A stretch of 63,119 bases of DNA, filler included, from Bigelowiella natans CCMP2755 (Eukaryota > Protista > Cercozoa), in assembly GCA_000320545.1 (NCBI GenBank). It is 4 parts of 4 records of this genome, joined end to end, with 100 filler letters (N's around TTAATTAATTAA, not from the genome) between each part and the next. Parts side by side here need not be neighbours in the genome. Positions count along the whole stretch, not along the records: positions 1 to 28,474 come from ADNK01000393.1; 3 more parts are not named here. One strand, 5' to 3'. Below the pieces are notes generated by a model. It made no database searches, was not told the origin of the DNA, and saw only the letters and a program-made list of their open reading frames with translations. Numbering within the stretch: the first letter of the stretch is position 1; each line of letters begins with the position of its first letter. The position numbers and the translations under genes are program-made. Shown here one piece after another: positions 1 through 13,818 of this stretch.

Positions 1-21
1 CCCCCCCCCCCCCCTCCGCAG

Positions 22-1203
22 TTCTCAACGAAGCACAACGTCCACGTTACACTAGTCGTGCATCCTAGGAAGGTAATAACAGACAATTAACGCTAAACAT
101 GTGTATTTACACATAAAAATAGATAAATAAATATATACATATTTATATAAATATATTCCGATCGAGTATTTTCGCGTGCATTTATTCATCTATTTTCCCA
201 TACTGGTGTGCCGTCGTTCATGGCTATTGCCACTGCTACATCTGCTGCTGCCGCTCGTTCCTCCTCGCCAACTGATGATCTCCCCCTCCCCCCCCCCACA
301 GGAAATGGACAAGGCGGCTCTGGGCATCAGCAGCGTCTTCGGTTCGTCCCCTCTATCATTCCCCATCAGAGTGATGACTCGCTGATTATATCGTGATATC
401 ACACGCAGAGGATGATGCTAATGATACTAATGATGATGATGATGATGACGATGATGATGATGATGAGTATGATAGAGATAATAACTAATCCGTTGCTTCT
501 TCCTCTCCCTCCGCTTCCCCCCCCCCCCCCCCCATTAAAGGGACCGGCCAGGGTACCCCGGAGGGGGAAAAAGTGGGTATTCTGCAGCGTCCCGAGGCAC
601 TAGAGAAGAATAGCAAGTGAGTGTTGCATTTCAATTTGTCGCGTGCCCAATATCGGTTGTTTACCACACACAAAGGCAAATGTACCCACGCCCCCCCCAC
701 GCACGCATGCTTGCTTCGCCGTCCACGTGGTGTTTCCTCATTCTTTAACACTTAAAAACCAGCTTCAGACAGAGCGATGAGGTCGACTACCGTGTGCTCG
801 AGGTGAAGAAAAACAGGTGCTACGACTGCTTGCAATTTGGGAGAGAGGGGGGGGGAGAGGGTGGGGAGGGCTGGAATAGGATGAAAACGATAACTTACTG
901 CCATGGATCTTTCATTGCATGAGAACGCTCAGCATTCTGCTATCACTGCTACATCCATACACGCACGCACAAGTAGTACCAGATTTCGGTATCATCGTGA
1001 AATCAGAGCGGGTGGGAGGGGGGGGTTGGCATATCCGTTTGTTGCTGCTATTCACTCTCTTCTCTTCCCTTCTCTTCTCGTCGGTTCTCCCCCCCCCCCC
1101 CTTTCATTCATTCGTTGATTCCCCAGATTCGATGGAGAACTGGGCGCTGTTCCGTACAAATTCGAGCGTGATATTGTCACTATGGTGCGTTGAGAAAGAG
1201 GGA

Positions 1204-1243
<40 letters not shown>

Positions 1244-2108
1244 AAGAAGCTGCCAGCCCTATACGTGCAGTGAAAACAATAAGAAGCAGATGAAGAAGAA
1301 GAAGAATAATAATAATACAGGATTTAGAGTCCTTCAAAGACTAATAAGAAGTGATTTCCATCGGCCCTTTCGATGATATCTCTCTGCTGCGTGCTGTGGT
1401 GTCCTTCTCTGCCGCGCACATCGTCCTCATGATCATCAACCGGCACTGTGTTCCCTTCTTACGTATCATCCTCCTCCCTCCCTCCCTCACTCCTGCCTTT
1501 GTTCCCTCATCATCATCATCCTCCTCATCATCATTATCCTCATCACCGTTTCTCATGTTCTAATGTGCTTGAAGGTGGAGCTCGACGACCTCGAGAGAAT
1601 GAAGATAGGCTTGCTGCCTGTAGCCGAGGAGTTTCCAGACGCCACGCGGGAGGTGGCTCCTGATGCGTGGATGCTACGAGCTGATGATGACGACGACATC
1701 ATCGGCGACGGTTTGTTCGACGAGTGGGACCCCCCCTCCCCCCCCCCGGTCGACTCTCCGCCAGCACCTCCTGGGGGTGGGGGGCATGGTGCTGCTGGCG
1801 GCTGGGACTCGCCATCGTCAACGCCACCGTCGCCACCGAGCGATGGTGGAAAAGATGAAGAGGAAAATAGAAGCAGCACCACCCGGGCGCTGGCAGAGGC
1901 AATAGGTCAATCAGCAGCAGCAACGACAAGCAGCAGTGCGCCCCCACCCCCCACCATCCCTGATGATGACGACCCGGAGAGATGGTCGTTCATGGGGATT
2001 CGACGCGGAGAGGAGGGGGGCAGCGCGCAAGAGCCCGAGCGCAGTGGTGATGATGGTGATAACAACGATGCTGAAGTTGGCGACGGCAGCGACAAGAAGA
2101 GCAGCTGA
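22..2108 (+). CDS. TWNK: Twinkle-like organellar DNA helicase (SF4/DnaB family), 3' part; exons 22-72, 302-341, 541-616, 763-816, 1127-1184, 1575-2108
   Basis: All exons join in frame at GT-AG: [31 protein letters not shown]...ILQ-...YRVLEVKKNRFDGELGAVPYKF. This matches Twinkle HVTLVIHPRK, SIFGSAKxxQEADNVLILQ and KNRFDG motifs. An acidic low-complexity tail follows. The 5' end lies outside the window. Confidence 0.9.
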
Positions 2109-3282
2109 TAAAGCCATCACAACGACGCTGCTATCTCTCTCGATATTCGATCCGTTGACCTACTTCCCTGCCCGCGGCGCTGTGGAACGGAAAGAACACG
2201 TTGCATTACGAGCAGCTTGCTCACCACGGCGATTAGCTGCCGGCGATGGTGACAATGAAGATGGACGATGAGGGTTTACATGCAGCTTGTTCTTCTCGTG
2301 TTGATATCATGCGGGCATGCTATGTATATACCGTTGCCAGGCCGTAAGTTCTTCACGATGTACTTGGGAGGTTATCGCATGTGAGTGGCCACATGTAGTG
2401 GCAGATTGATGATTGTAGCAGCAGCATGACCAAAAATGCGAAAGAGCCAAGAAATAGCTGCTGCGCGCACACATTACATGTGCTAGCATCTGCGTTGCCA
2501 CACTTAGCATGCGAAGAACATACACAGAGAGGCAAATGTAAGCCATGCCATTTTGTTACATGCTGCTAGCATGTGCAGAGGCAAATTTAGATGTCAACAT
2601 GCAGCTCTATGGCTAGATAGCTGCTAGCACATGCTGCATGTACCAGCATAGCATGTGTGCGCATGCAGGCATGTGTGCTAGCAGGTACAACACAGTTAGA
2701 CGTACGATACAGCTACATCATTAGGATCGGATGACTATTCAAAAGATTGCATCACTTCATTACACATTCTTCTTGCAATTCGGCTCTAGTACGTACTAGC
2801 ACCGCTAGCTAGCTAGACCGTAAGTTGTTTTAATCGCATTGTGATGAAGGTTAATGGGAGCACGTCTAAACGTGCATATTATTTATGCTATGCTACCATG
2901 CCTGCAATGATAATAAACACCTACTAGCCTGCGCTACGCGGTACGCGCGCATAGTGTACTTTAGCAGTCCGTGCAACAATGCATGTAGTGGCAAAGCTCT
3001 ACATACATAATCTGCACGGGGCGCAAGCTTCTCATTCACTAATGTTGTCGGGTTGTGTATATTAGCTGCAATTATATATTATTCTTGCTTGTTATCGCTG
3101 AATTTAAGTAGTGCCGACTAGCTGCTCAGAGACGGTACATACAACATGATAATAAGGCAAGAGGAGTGGGTGTCGAGTGTTGCAATGAATGAATGATCGA
3201 TCGGTCGACGAATCCACAATTACCCAGCTTGTAGCCACTAGTAGCCAGAGAGAGCTCTTGTAGTAGTATTAGTAGCTGCTTC

Positions 3283-4243
3283 CTACTGGCATGAAGTCAT
3301 CACCTTCTCCACCGCGTCGACAACCTACAAGGACAATCCCAGGGAAGGTAGGGTCAAGGACAATTTCCAAAGGCGCGAGTTCGCCTCATTCATTGATAAA
3401 AACCCGTCAAGGATTATTCATAATCATCACAATCCATCGCTCGTCGCCGTCTGCGTAGTGGCAACTACCATTACCTGCTCAGGCTGCACTATGGTTGCTG
3501 CTTCAAGCTCGAGGGCAAACGCTGTGGGCACATCCTGCAGAGCCCAAACAGCACGGAGGAAGGAGATGGGGAGGCAGGGGGGGGGGGGGAGGGAGGAGAG
3601 AAACCAGTCATTTCTTAGGTTAGACAACGAGAAAACGTTGCGAAAAGATGGAGAGACGCCGATGATAAATTTACTGTACTCCGCGCAGCAGCCATCTAAC
3701 GAGCGTATTACATGCACGCATGCACGCACGCACACCATTCCTAAGAAGAGCACACATGTGTGCGTCATCCCCTGCGACGACACCCTATGACGTTGTGGTC
3801 TAGCAAGTCGAAGAACCTCTTGTGAATCTCAGCGGAAAGAGAAGCCCCTGTAGGGGAAAAAAAGGGGGGGGGGGGGGGGGAGGGACGGAGGGAGGGAGGA
3901 GCGATTGGTGACAACCCATTCGTGATGTCGACTTATGTTTTAAGCGCAACCTCATCATCTTCGTCGTCATCACGATTGTCATTATCATTATCATCGTCGT
4001 CATCGTCACTATCATCATCATCATCATCATCATGCCAAAGTCCAGGCGTATTGTATTACCGATGCCCCCGGTCAGCATGCACTCCTCGACGATGATGGCC
4101 TGGAAAAAAAGGGAGGAGGAGAGAAGAAGAAGAAGAAGATGATGAGGGTGATGATGATGCGACGAAGGGTGGCCATGTCGGTGTCGTCATCTGGCACGTC
4201 GGGCATGTGTGAGTCTGTTTGTCTTACGATACTTTAATTATAT

Positions 4244-4278
<35 letters not shown>

Positions 4279-4394
4279 GCGTTTACACAAGGAGGGTGGT
4301 AGTCGTTGCTAGTAGCAATAGTTAGTAGTGCGATGGGGGGCAGGGATTACTGTCATCATGATCATGATCATCATCATCATCATCGCGACCTAGT

Positions 4395-4438
<44 letters not shown>

Positions 4439-4606
4439 TCTCTCTCACCTTGTTAGTCTTGCTGATGGAGTTCTTGATGGTGTGAAGATCGAAAGGCTTG
4501 AGGGATATCAGGTCAATTACCTGGTTTAATTTGCCACACACAAACACTCAGAAAACACACGCCAACACACGTTTCACATACAATATACTGCTTGCGTGTG
4601 TGTAAT

Positions 4607-4668
<62 letters not shown>

Positions 4669-5259
4669 GATAGATATATAAATCTTTAAAAATCCTGATT
4701 GATTCACTCACACCTCAGGGTCGTAGCCCTTTGCTTGAAGAGTCTTGACAGCTTCCATAACCTTCGCCGCAGATAAAAAACGAGGCGGGAGGAGAGGAGG
4801 AGAGGAGGAGGCGGGGGAGGAAGAAGTCGAATAAGCGCATACTCAAGAAGTAATCTGTAGCCGTCGCGCAATCTCCGCAGCAGCAGCAGCAGCAGCAGAA
4901 TAACAATAAGATCGTACCGTATATCTCATGCGTCCATAGGTGAGGATGGTAATGTCCTTGCCCTCCTTCACCATCTCGGCTTTCTCCAGGCTCTGCACCT
5001 CATCGGGACCTCCCACCTGCATAGGAACACATTCAGCAGCGACGCAACAGAAGAGGGGAGGGGGGGGAGGGATGTTCTCTCAGTCCATGTATGCATCGAT
5101 ACACAGGTATACATTACCCGACCAGCCACCCCCCCCCTCTCTCTTTTTCTCTCTCCCTAATATATAATATAAGTAGCATGTTACCTCGTCTTTGAGGTTA
5201 TAAAGGAGGACATGCTCGAAGAACACCACGGGGTTGTCGCTCCTGTAAGGACAAGCGGT

Positions 5260-5308
<49 letters not shown>

Positions 5309-5789
5309 AGAGGAAGGAAGAAAGTCAGTTATCTACTGCAGGTAGGATGATGATGCTGAACGACGAAGAGAGGCTTGTATGAGGAGGGGGGGGGGGGAGG
5401 GAGAAGAGGAAGAGGGAACCATCAAGGATCACATACATGCAACAAACGACGACGACGAATAATAAGATAATTACGTCACGCATGATGACAAGCATGATAC
5501 TGCTTATGAGCGATAACCCATGAAATACTCACCGGATGGCTGCTTTGAGGAGCGCCTTAGCGTTGCGCGGCGTACTGACCGCTACGAGCTGCACGCCAGG
5601 AATCGACTAGATACAGAGGTGATGATGATGATGATGATGATGATAATGATGGTGGTGGTGGTGATGATGACGGTGATAAAGAAGCCGAAACATACCTGGA
5701 AGTAGGACTCAAGACGCTGGGAGTGCTCTGCACCCTGAGGAGAGGAGAGGAGAGGAGAGGAGTAATCGCAAGAAGAGGCACAAATAAAT

Positions 5790-5825
<36 letters not shown>

Positions 5826-6160
5826 CATATTGAAAAGTACATCCGATACGACAGTGCATATTATACGATAGAAATACACCAGCACTTCTTCAAAGTGTTT
5901 CATCAAATGGATAAATAGAAAAAATAAATAAATAAAATAAGACACAGAAAGAGAATGGGACGCACCAGCTGCCTTCCGACACCTCCAGGACCTCGGATCA
6001 CCACAGGCACCTGCCAGCAGCATCAGCAGCAGCAGTCTTACGATTCAATGCATTGTGATGTCGCATATATTATAATAATAATGATGATGATAATAATGAT
6101 AATAATACAGCGCAAAAGACTATGCGTACATGGTGCGAATTGCGTTGGACATCTATAATA

Positions 6161-6204
<44 letters not shown>

Positions 6205-8263
6205 GGTGTGTGTTGTGTGTGGAGATTTGCTTAGGTACTAACCTTGTATTGACCCCCCGATGTGTAGTGAAGCATTCCTTTGCACAGTGGGCGGAAGATC
6301 AGTGACGATATTGTTAGGGAGCGGTGGGTAACAAAATAGACATATTTACCGCAGTTGTTGGAGATTTGATTGAAAGCGAGCAGGAGGAAACCCATGTTCA
6401 TTCCCTAAAGAGAGAGATGTATAGGTGTAGCAATCGTGCACCATATTGACGATGTTGAATGATGATGATGGATGATGATGGATGATGATGATGATGACGA
6501 TGACAATGATAGTAGTGGATACTAGCTCATATGACGACAACCTTTTATCTCACAACGCGCACCATATTATGTACATTAAAATGCAATCATTCGATGTCTT
6601 CGTTTCAGGCACCTCGACGATTGGCCTGAGACCGGTCATTGCCGCACCGATTGCCATTCCAGTGAAACTGACGAAACAGAGCTCAGCTTTAGAATCTCTA
6701 CTCAGCGCGCTCACGTGCGTTTTGTGCGTGCATATGAGGAGATACAGGCATACCCGTTTTCGCAAATCGGTGTGTCAAGAATACGCATTTCTCCGAATTT
6801 CTTGTACCTATGAGAGGGGGTGGGGGGAGGACAATGTTATCATCATAGGAAGGTGCGGCAGAACAAGCACCCAGCCACAACGGAGGGCGGTCAGTGGATA
6901 TGATTAGAAGATCATCCAAGCGCGCGCGCGTGTGTGCGCGTTTATGTTAGGGCATGCATAGGCGATGTTTCGATGTTATCGCGACTTACAAATCAGTGGT
7001 GACTTTGTAGGACCCTCCGTAGTGGCCGACATCCTCGCCTAAATTGAAGCAAAGAGAATAAATGCGACTATAAAACATGCCTGCTGTGCAAATCTTCAAC
7101 AAGTTCACTCCTCCTTCTCTTCTTTCACTACTTGCTCCTCTCGTACTGTATTGTGGTTGCTTACTATTTTGCGGCTACTACTACTACTTACTACCCATGA
7201 TCATGACGTTAGGGTCCCTCTCCATCTCCTCGTCGATGGCCTCTCGTAGCGACTGTGAGTAGTTGTATAATTATGCGTTAGGTTCTTCACTATACCAAAA
7301 CTAGATTCAGCACTCGAAGCAACAGATCTTTATCATTTACACGCGCTATTACTATAGGAGGGCAAGGAAAAACGTCAATGCAAGAGAGATAGAAGACGCG
7401 CTCATTCTCCTCACTCATATATCCTCTCAACGATCTCCACCTGCCACATGAATCTTGGCTCCGAAAAGTCCGTCTTCGCAGGTGCTTCGAGGAGCTCGGG
7501 AGCGACAGCATTGGGCGTGAGAATAGATGAAGATCGTTGTTGCTCCAGAAGAGGGGATCGCATGGCCTGGAGAGGGTTGTATCCTGTCTGCTGCAAGAAA
7601 GTTCGCATCGTCATCATTGGCTGCTTGGTTTGCTGGAGGGTTCTGCTGCTGGACGCTCCGAGGAGTCCGTCAGCTGATAAGCGAAGAGAAGAAGGGGAAG
7701 CAAATAGACAGGAAAAGAGGGGGGAGGAGGGGGGGGAGGAGAATTATGAAAAGAACGATTAACTCTTAAGGAGATACAATTCTCCGTTGTTGCTTTCATT
7801 CAACACCCATTCGCTGTGCAGATCCACCTATGGCCGAATTGACAGCGATACTACTCTAATATCCCACTATCATATATGGCAGTGGCTAATACGTGCCAAA
7901 ATAAATATCAGTTCATGTCTGAGAATTATTTCTCCTATTTTTTATTCAACATTTGGTAGTGGAACAAACTATTTCTGGACCCCAAGCCCTCACACAACAA
8001 TACAGAATCCCGTAATTTTGGTGTAGATACATAGTTCTTAAGATGATCCGCTACTCGAAGCATCAGTCGCCTTTATATGATTCGTTCGGAAGGAATGGGC
8101 GATTACCGCTTGGCATGAAGCCCATTGCAGCTCCTACGAGACCAACGCCGCATACAACCGCGCAGAGGGCCGCTCCCAACATCATGGGTCCAGAGACCCG
8201 TCGCTCATTACGTCGAACCGCTACCATGGGGCTATCTTCCAACAGGCTGCGCTGCATCTCCAT
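3283..8263 (-). CDS. pdhB: Plastid-type pyruvate dehydrogenase E1 beta subunit, many exons, with a bipartite-type N-terminal leader
   Basis: Exons give SLREAIDEEMERDPNVMIMG, EDVGHYGGSYKVT, FTGMAIGAAMTGLRPIVE, MNMGFLLLAFNQISNNC, MLHYTSGGQYK, VIRGPGGVGRQL, GAEHSQRLESYFQ, DNPVVFFEHVLLYNLK, VIDLISLKPFD, IVEECMLTGGIG and DVPTAFA...IVQPEQ. These are cyanobacterial/plastid-type motifs. The first exon (8107-8263) has a hydrophobic signal-like stretch. Confidence 0.95.
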
Positions 8264-8750
8264 GTGTAAGTCGGGGCTAAAAAGGGGGGTTGGAGGGGAA
8301 TGGGGTGCAGGAGAGGAACTTCCCGTTCTCAGACAGGTTCTGGGGATCATCGCGCTTTGATCGCAATAAAATAGCCTTCTTTTCACTTGGACGACATCCT
8401 TCGATTCCTCCAGCTTTTTCTGTACGAACGGCGATTCCGGCCTCCATCGAAAAGTACCTATTCTTAAATAGGAGTTTTCCTGCGACATTCGGATGGGTAT
8501 TGACGCAGTCATAAAATGCGTCCCGTTTTAAAAGGAGCACGTGGATTTTGTCCCGAGCCCCTGAGATGGTCACGTCGACAACGAGAAGATTACCGGGATT
8601 CTTGCCGGAATCCCGGTTTTTTGGATTGTCAGTGTAAATCTCTTGGTTCCCCTCTCATCACCGCCCGGAACGAATCCTTCTCTGGCACCGATCGCTTGCA
8701 GCCCGCTGTGCGCCTCCGACCGATGCCGGTGCGTGGTATCAGTTGAAAAT
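8264..8750. promoter_or_regulatory. Probable bidirectional promoter region between pdhB and the acid phosphatase
   Basis: Predicted start codons are head-to-head about 490 bp apart. No microsatellites, normal TpA content. Confidence 0.5.
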
Positions 8751-10545
8751 ATGTCGTGTTGTCCCCTCTCAGGCTGTGCAGAAGGCAAACGTCGTAGGGT
8801 CCCGATGATGGTGTGCGCGCGCGCGAATGAATTGCGTGAGCGGTCGGTGATATGTGTGAATCGATCATCCTGCTGTTTTTTCAGAAGTGGGTTGGGAAGC
8901 TAACCGTATGGCATGCTGTTGGAGCTCTGGGATTGATTCTGGTCACTCATTTGCATTTGTTTGATTCGATAGCTTCTTCCCCTTTTTTTGGGAGAATAAC
9001 AAAAAAGTGACTGAAGGAGCGCAGGTCTTCCCAGTAGTTTGGGGCCATGAAACGTTCACTACTATTTATTTATTTGACGAAATACGAACTACGGGATTGT
9101 GTGAAAAGCCAGATATGTGTGGCTACGACCAGAGCATCTTGGTTTTCACGTCACACACAAAAGAATATGAGCGGTTGATTTGATTTAAAGGTGATTGGCC
9201 ATACGACGTCAATATTGCCACAAAGATCTCCTGCAGTCATCCCTGCCGTGGACAGTTTGCGATTTATCAGGTAAGCATAGATATAGAAATGGTCTTTATT
9301 TTAGCGCTCTCAGTCACTTATTGATATCTGATCACGTTTGGCTTTCATTTGAACAGCATTGGCGACTTTGGCGTGACTGAATGCGGGCGCCGTGGAGAAG
9401 TAGTTCACAGAGATAGAGAAGGGGGGGGGGGGGGGAGGGGAAGGAATGGAAGACAACATTGCTTCATTGGGTCAACTTTAACATGCTATAATATTGTCTC
9501 TTTCTGCGGGGTTTTAGGAAAAATGTAAAGGAGCGACCCAAGCCAGAGTGGCAAGAAGCATGGATGACGTATCACATACGTTCAAACCACACTTCCTGCT
9601 GTCGTTGGGCGACAACTTCTACCCGAAGTAAGTAAGCAAGCGCATGAAGAGAGGGGGGTGCGTGAACAATATCTGTGCCTTTTTGGCGCCATCCAACGGT
9701 CACCAGCGCATCGGATGATCTCTTCGCACACTCGCATGCCGCACGGCCCTCGAGAGAAAATCATCGCTTGGTTTCATTGATACCTCTCGACGGTTAGAAA
9801 TGTGGTTGCGGATTTTCTATTTTTGTTTCTCCGGGCGATTGCTCTGTGTGGCCACTTAGGCATGATCCAAGATATGTGTTTATGTGCTCTATGTTTTTGC
9901 GGTGGGGGGGGATAGGGCACCTGATTTTGGCCAGTAGGTTGCTGATGTTGGTGTTGGTGCTGCTGCTGCTGTTTGCTTCTCCCCCTCCTCTTCCTCCTCT
10001 TCCTCAGTGGGGCCGAGAATCTCGACGATCTTCAGTTTGAAAACTCCTTTGAGCATGTCTACAATCTACCAGTTCTACGGGTGATCGATGATGAGAAAAC
10101 AACTAAACAGCAACAACTTTAACTACTACTACTACTACTACTACTACTACTGCCACTACCACCCACTTAGAAACAAATCCGCAATTTCCACCTCCACCGT
10201 ACCTACACCGCCCACCCTCTCTGTCTTACTGCTGTAAATGAAACAAACGATGGTGGTTACGCGGCTGGCGTCACACGACTGCACTGATATTGCGTTGTTG
10301 CTGTGTTTGACGATGATGACAAAAATACAAGATGCGCAAGTGGTGGGTTTCTCTAGGGGACCATGATCACTGTGGTAATAAACAACAACAGCAGCAGCTA
10401 GTAGCTGCATCACTACTGATGTTGGCCGACAATCCATTAGTGCAGAGAGAAATACCGAGACGATGCTCATACGCCTCCACATACGCACACCCCATCTCCT
10501 CCCCCTCCCCCCCCCCCCGGCGAAGAGGGGACCGACGATGGTTCG

Positions 10546-10586
<41 letters not shown>

Positions 10587-12008
10587 GTGTGTGTGTGCGT
10601 GTTTGCTGCGTTTCGACGAAAGAATAGATGTGTATATTTAACACCACCAACATCATCATCATCATCATCAACAACGTCAATAAGGAAACGTAAGCGCGGT
10701 GCTAGAGTACGGCAAGGGACGGAGGGGGAAATCTTGGGTTGAGGACAGTGCTCAGTCGCTGCCTCGCGACTACTTCCAACTACCGGGGCCTTACTACCAC
10801 CGCCAGTTTCGACTGAAAACAGGGCCAAGAGTGAGCATAATTACTACTACTACTACTAACCACTACTACTACAACCAAAACTACTAGTAGCAAACAAGCC
10901 AAGAGCAGCAGTGACGATGCTATACGCAGGGAAATCACCATAGGATTTCCTTTTCGTTGAGGGGGAACGGGGGGGGGGCTGGAAATTAAAACGAGAGGAT
11001 AGGGCGGAGAGGCAATAATATGTCACCACACTCTTCACGAATGTATAGAATCAAATGCTCGCACGCGCATACACGCACACACGCAGTGCACGAGTTTTTC
11101 CTGATTCCATGACATAAATGCGAAGGTTTCACCTGATTGTGGTCGACAGCGTAGCGTTAGAGGGGTACTAAACATCGTTCCCGCCCCCCCCCCCCCCCCA
11201 AACCTCCAGCTACCCCTCCCCCAACATCATTTCTGCTTAAAAGGCGTATCATATACTTCGATAGCTCTACTGTCCAAATGTTATATAAAATACATAAAGA
11301 GGGAGGCGAGGTGAGATTTTAATGCGCCTGCTTGCATGTATACTAGCCTGATGTAAATAATACTTATATGCATGTCTGTATGTTCGCAGATCGCTTGGCA
11401 GCAGCGGAGAAAGGCGTTTCAGCAAGAAGTTATCGGATGAGTATGCGGGTGCAGATGCATCGCGTCGTCATTGGTACTGCTGCCGCCCACGGCTTGCTGC
11501 TACTGCTATCTATCGCTCCTGCTTCATGTTACGGAGGGAACGTCTGTTTGGCAGTGATGAGGATGGGGTGTAGTAGTAGGTTCATAATGGTGGTAGTGGT
11601 GATGGTGAGGCCTGTTTCTACAAATTGTGAGTTTTGGTCGGGTGACCGTTTGGGAGAGTACACGCCATTTGGTTGTATGATGACGCGCGCGCGCGCGCGC
11701 ACACACACACACACATACGAAGAGAAAGTCCCCTTACATCTTCCTCTTGTCCGTCTTCGTGGGTGCTGTTCTCCAGGGCTTGGCTGGAGACGACATTGAT
11801 CAAGGTGAGCTCGGGAATGGCTCCGAGGATCATCATGGTGGTCGGGCACAGGCCTGTCTTCAGCTGCGCGCAACGATGTCGGAAGGAAATGGAGAGGAAG
11901 AAGAAGAAGAAGGAGAAGAAGAAGAGGGAGAGGAGAAGGATAGTGACGATTATGAATGACGACGACGCACCAACAACAAAAAGAAGAAAGTGCTCGATGA
12001 GAAAAAGG

Positions 12009-12049
<41 letters not shown>

Positions 12050-12412
12050 CTTCACGATGATGGTGAAGCCTGCACATGTTGATAAGGAGTATTTTAGCTT
12101 ACCCTCTGCGACGACGTGTCGTCTCGAGATCACCAATTGCATCGAAACAAACAAACTGGTGGTAGGGGTACCAACGAGGCGGCTTGGTACCGCCCCCACC
12201 CGCCCCACCCGCCCCTCCATTTCTTCAATAAAGTCCTCATCGCTCCTATTGTTGGCATTTTGTTGTCTGGTTTTTTTTGATATTTTCCCAGCACGCACAC
12301 GCGCGGAAGAGAGAGTGTCGAATAGGCTACACACCTTGCTATCACAGTATGTGACCGCTCCTCACTAGAATTCTTTCTTGGAAGCGGGCGGGCGTGCTAA
12401 TACATCTGTATA

Positions 12413-12450
<38 letters not shown>

Positions 12451-13204
12451 TATGTGTATATTAAATATGTGAGTAGTGATGTGAGTAGTGTGTGCACGAG
12501 GGGGAAAAACAATCATTTTGCGCGCGGTGTGCTTGACCATCCCAGGTTCGGAGTCAGCATGTACATCAACGGCCATGACCATTCCCAGCAGCATATCACC
12601 AAGGATGGCGTCCAGGTGACCATGAAATGATGATATCACCAAGCTTACCACCGATTTCAGTGAAGTAGTTGCGCCCTGCCGCCCACCCCCCTTCCCCCGT
12701 CCTTGCTGCCCTGAGACACCTTTCACCATCCTTCTCACTGTATGTAGTATTTCGGGAATGGCGTCGGCGGTTTCAACCTGCACCGCGTCGACAAGAAGAA
12801 GGCGTGGCCTGAAAATCGCGGCCAGGAAGTTCTGTGGGCAGAATCCGGCCAGAACGGTAGGATTCCGCCGTTGTTCCGGCTTCGACGCCGTCCGTCGTCA
12901 ACGCCCGCAAGCAAGCTGTTTTCTTCCTCCTCCTCCTCGTCCGCACCCTCTGCATTGCTCATCATCTCCGTAGTAAAATAGTCCTCCAGATGACTAAAAC
13001 ATGTTGTCGTTCTTCTGATTTGCAGGGTTCGCCATGCACGAAGTTACCCCTGAAGGAATGAGGATCCGTTTCGCGCACAGCCTCTCACCAGAAGACGGCG
13101 CGGCGCTCCCGGAGGACGCTCCGAGGGATGTAGAGGGGGGCGGGCTGAGCTCGATTATCTATGAAACGATGGTTCCATTTACCTTTCGAGGCTTCAAGAA
13201 ATAA
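8751..13204 (+). CDS. Purple/tartrate-resistant acid phosphatase (ACP5-like metallophosphoesterase) with an N-terminal hydrophobic segment
   Basis: Spliced motifs IGDFG, LSLGDNFYP, WWVSLGDHDHCGN, LPGPYY, LIVVDS, AWLETTL, MVVGHRP, GVSMYINGHDH, YFGNGVGG and GFAMHEV. Stop at 13202-13204. The start codon is less certain. Confidence 0.88.
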
Positions 13205-13818
13205 GCTGCGTATTTTCGCCATTTCTGCCACCGCTGATAGCTAGGCTAGTAGCAGCATGCATCATGTACACATAGCAGAGGCGTGGCATCTTTATTGGAC
13301 TAGAGCAGCATGCATTCGCTGTCGTTTCACTACTACAATACGTACCATCACCGGTATGCGCTCGGGGCGGCATGTGTGCCTGCGCAATATTTATTTGGAT
13401 AGCGGCCTCGTTAGCATTCGTCGTCCTTTTATTGGTTGTCGTTGCTTCCGATCCCAACATGGATCGCTGCCATATCTAGATGCACACATATGATACATGA
13501 CCGACTTGCACCTGGCGGTACTGACTTATCGTCCCATGCGGACATGTGCGAGAGCAGCTTTGTGGACGTTTGCTGATTCATCGTGCTAGCGTAGCTCAGC
13601 AAGACGAAGCTTTGCATCTGTGTATGCATCTAGAGATTGAAGAGCTAGCTGCAATGGCATGTCATGAGACACTGTTCAATGTGATAATGTACGTCTACTG
13701 AAAGGTTTGAACACTTTCCAAATCTAGTCATGCCACACACAGAAATACAGCATCGCTCATTGAGGCGGCTATTCCACCTGCTAGCGAAAGAACCAATCAA
13801 CGTTGGAGGATGTGGACG

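Noticed and set aside
518-533. Similar lengths of many C/G homopolymers (about 13-16) and SSRs as a biological ruler
   Set aside because: More plausibly length capping or collapse by short-read assembly.
412-603. Numerous ORFs with poly-M/I/S, THTH, YIYI or ERER tracts, here and throughout the window
   Set aside because: They are translations of intronic microsatellites or antisense frames.
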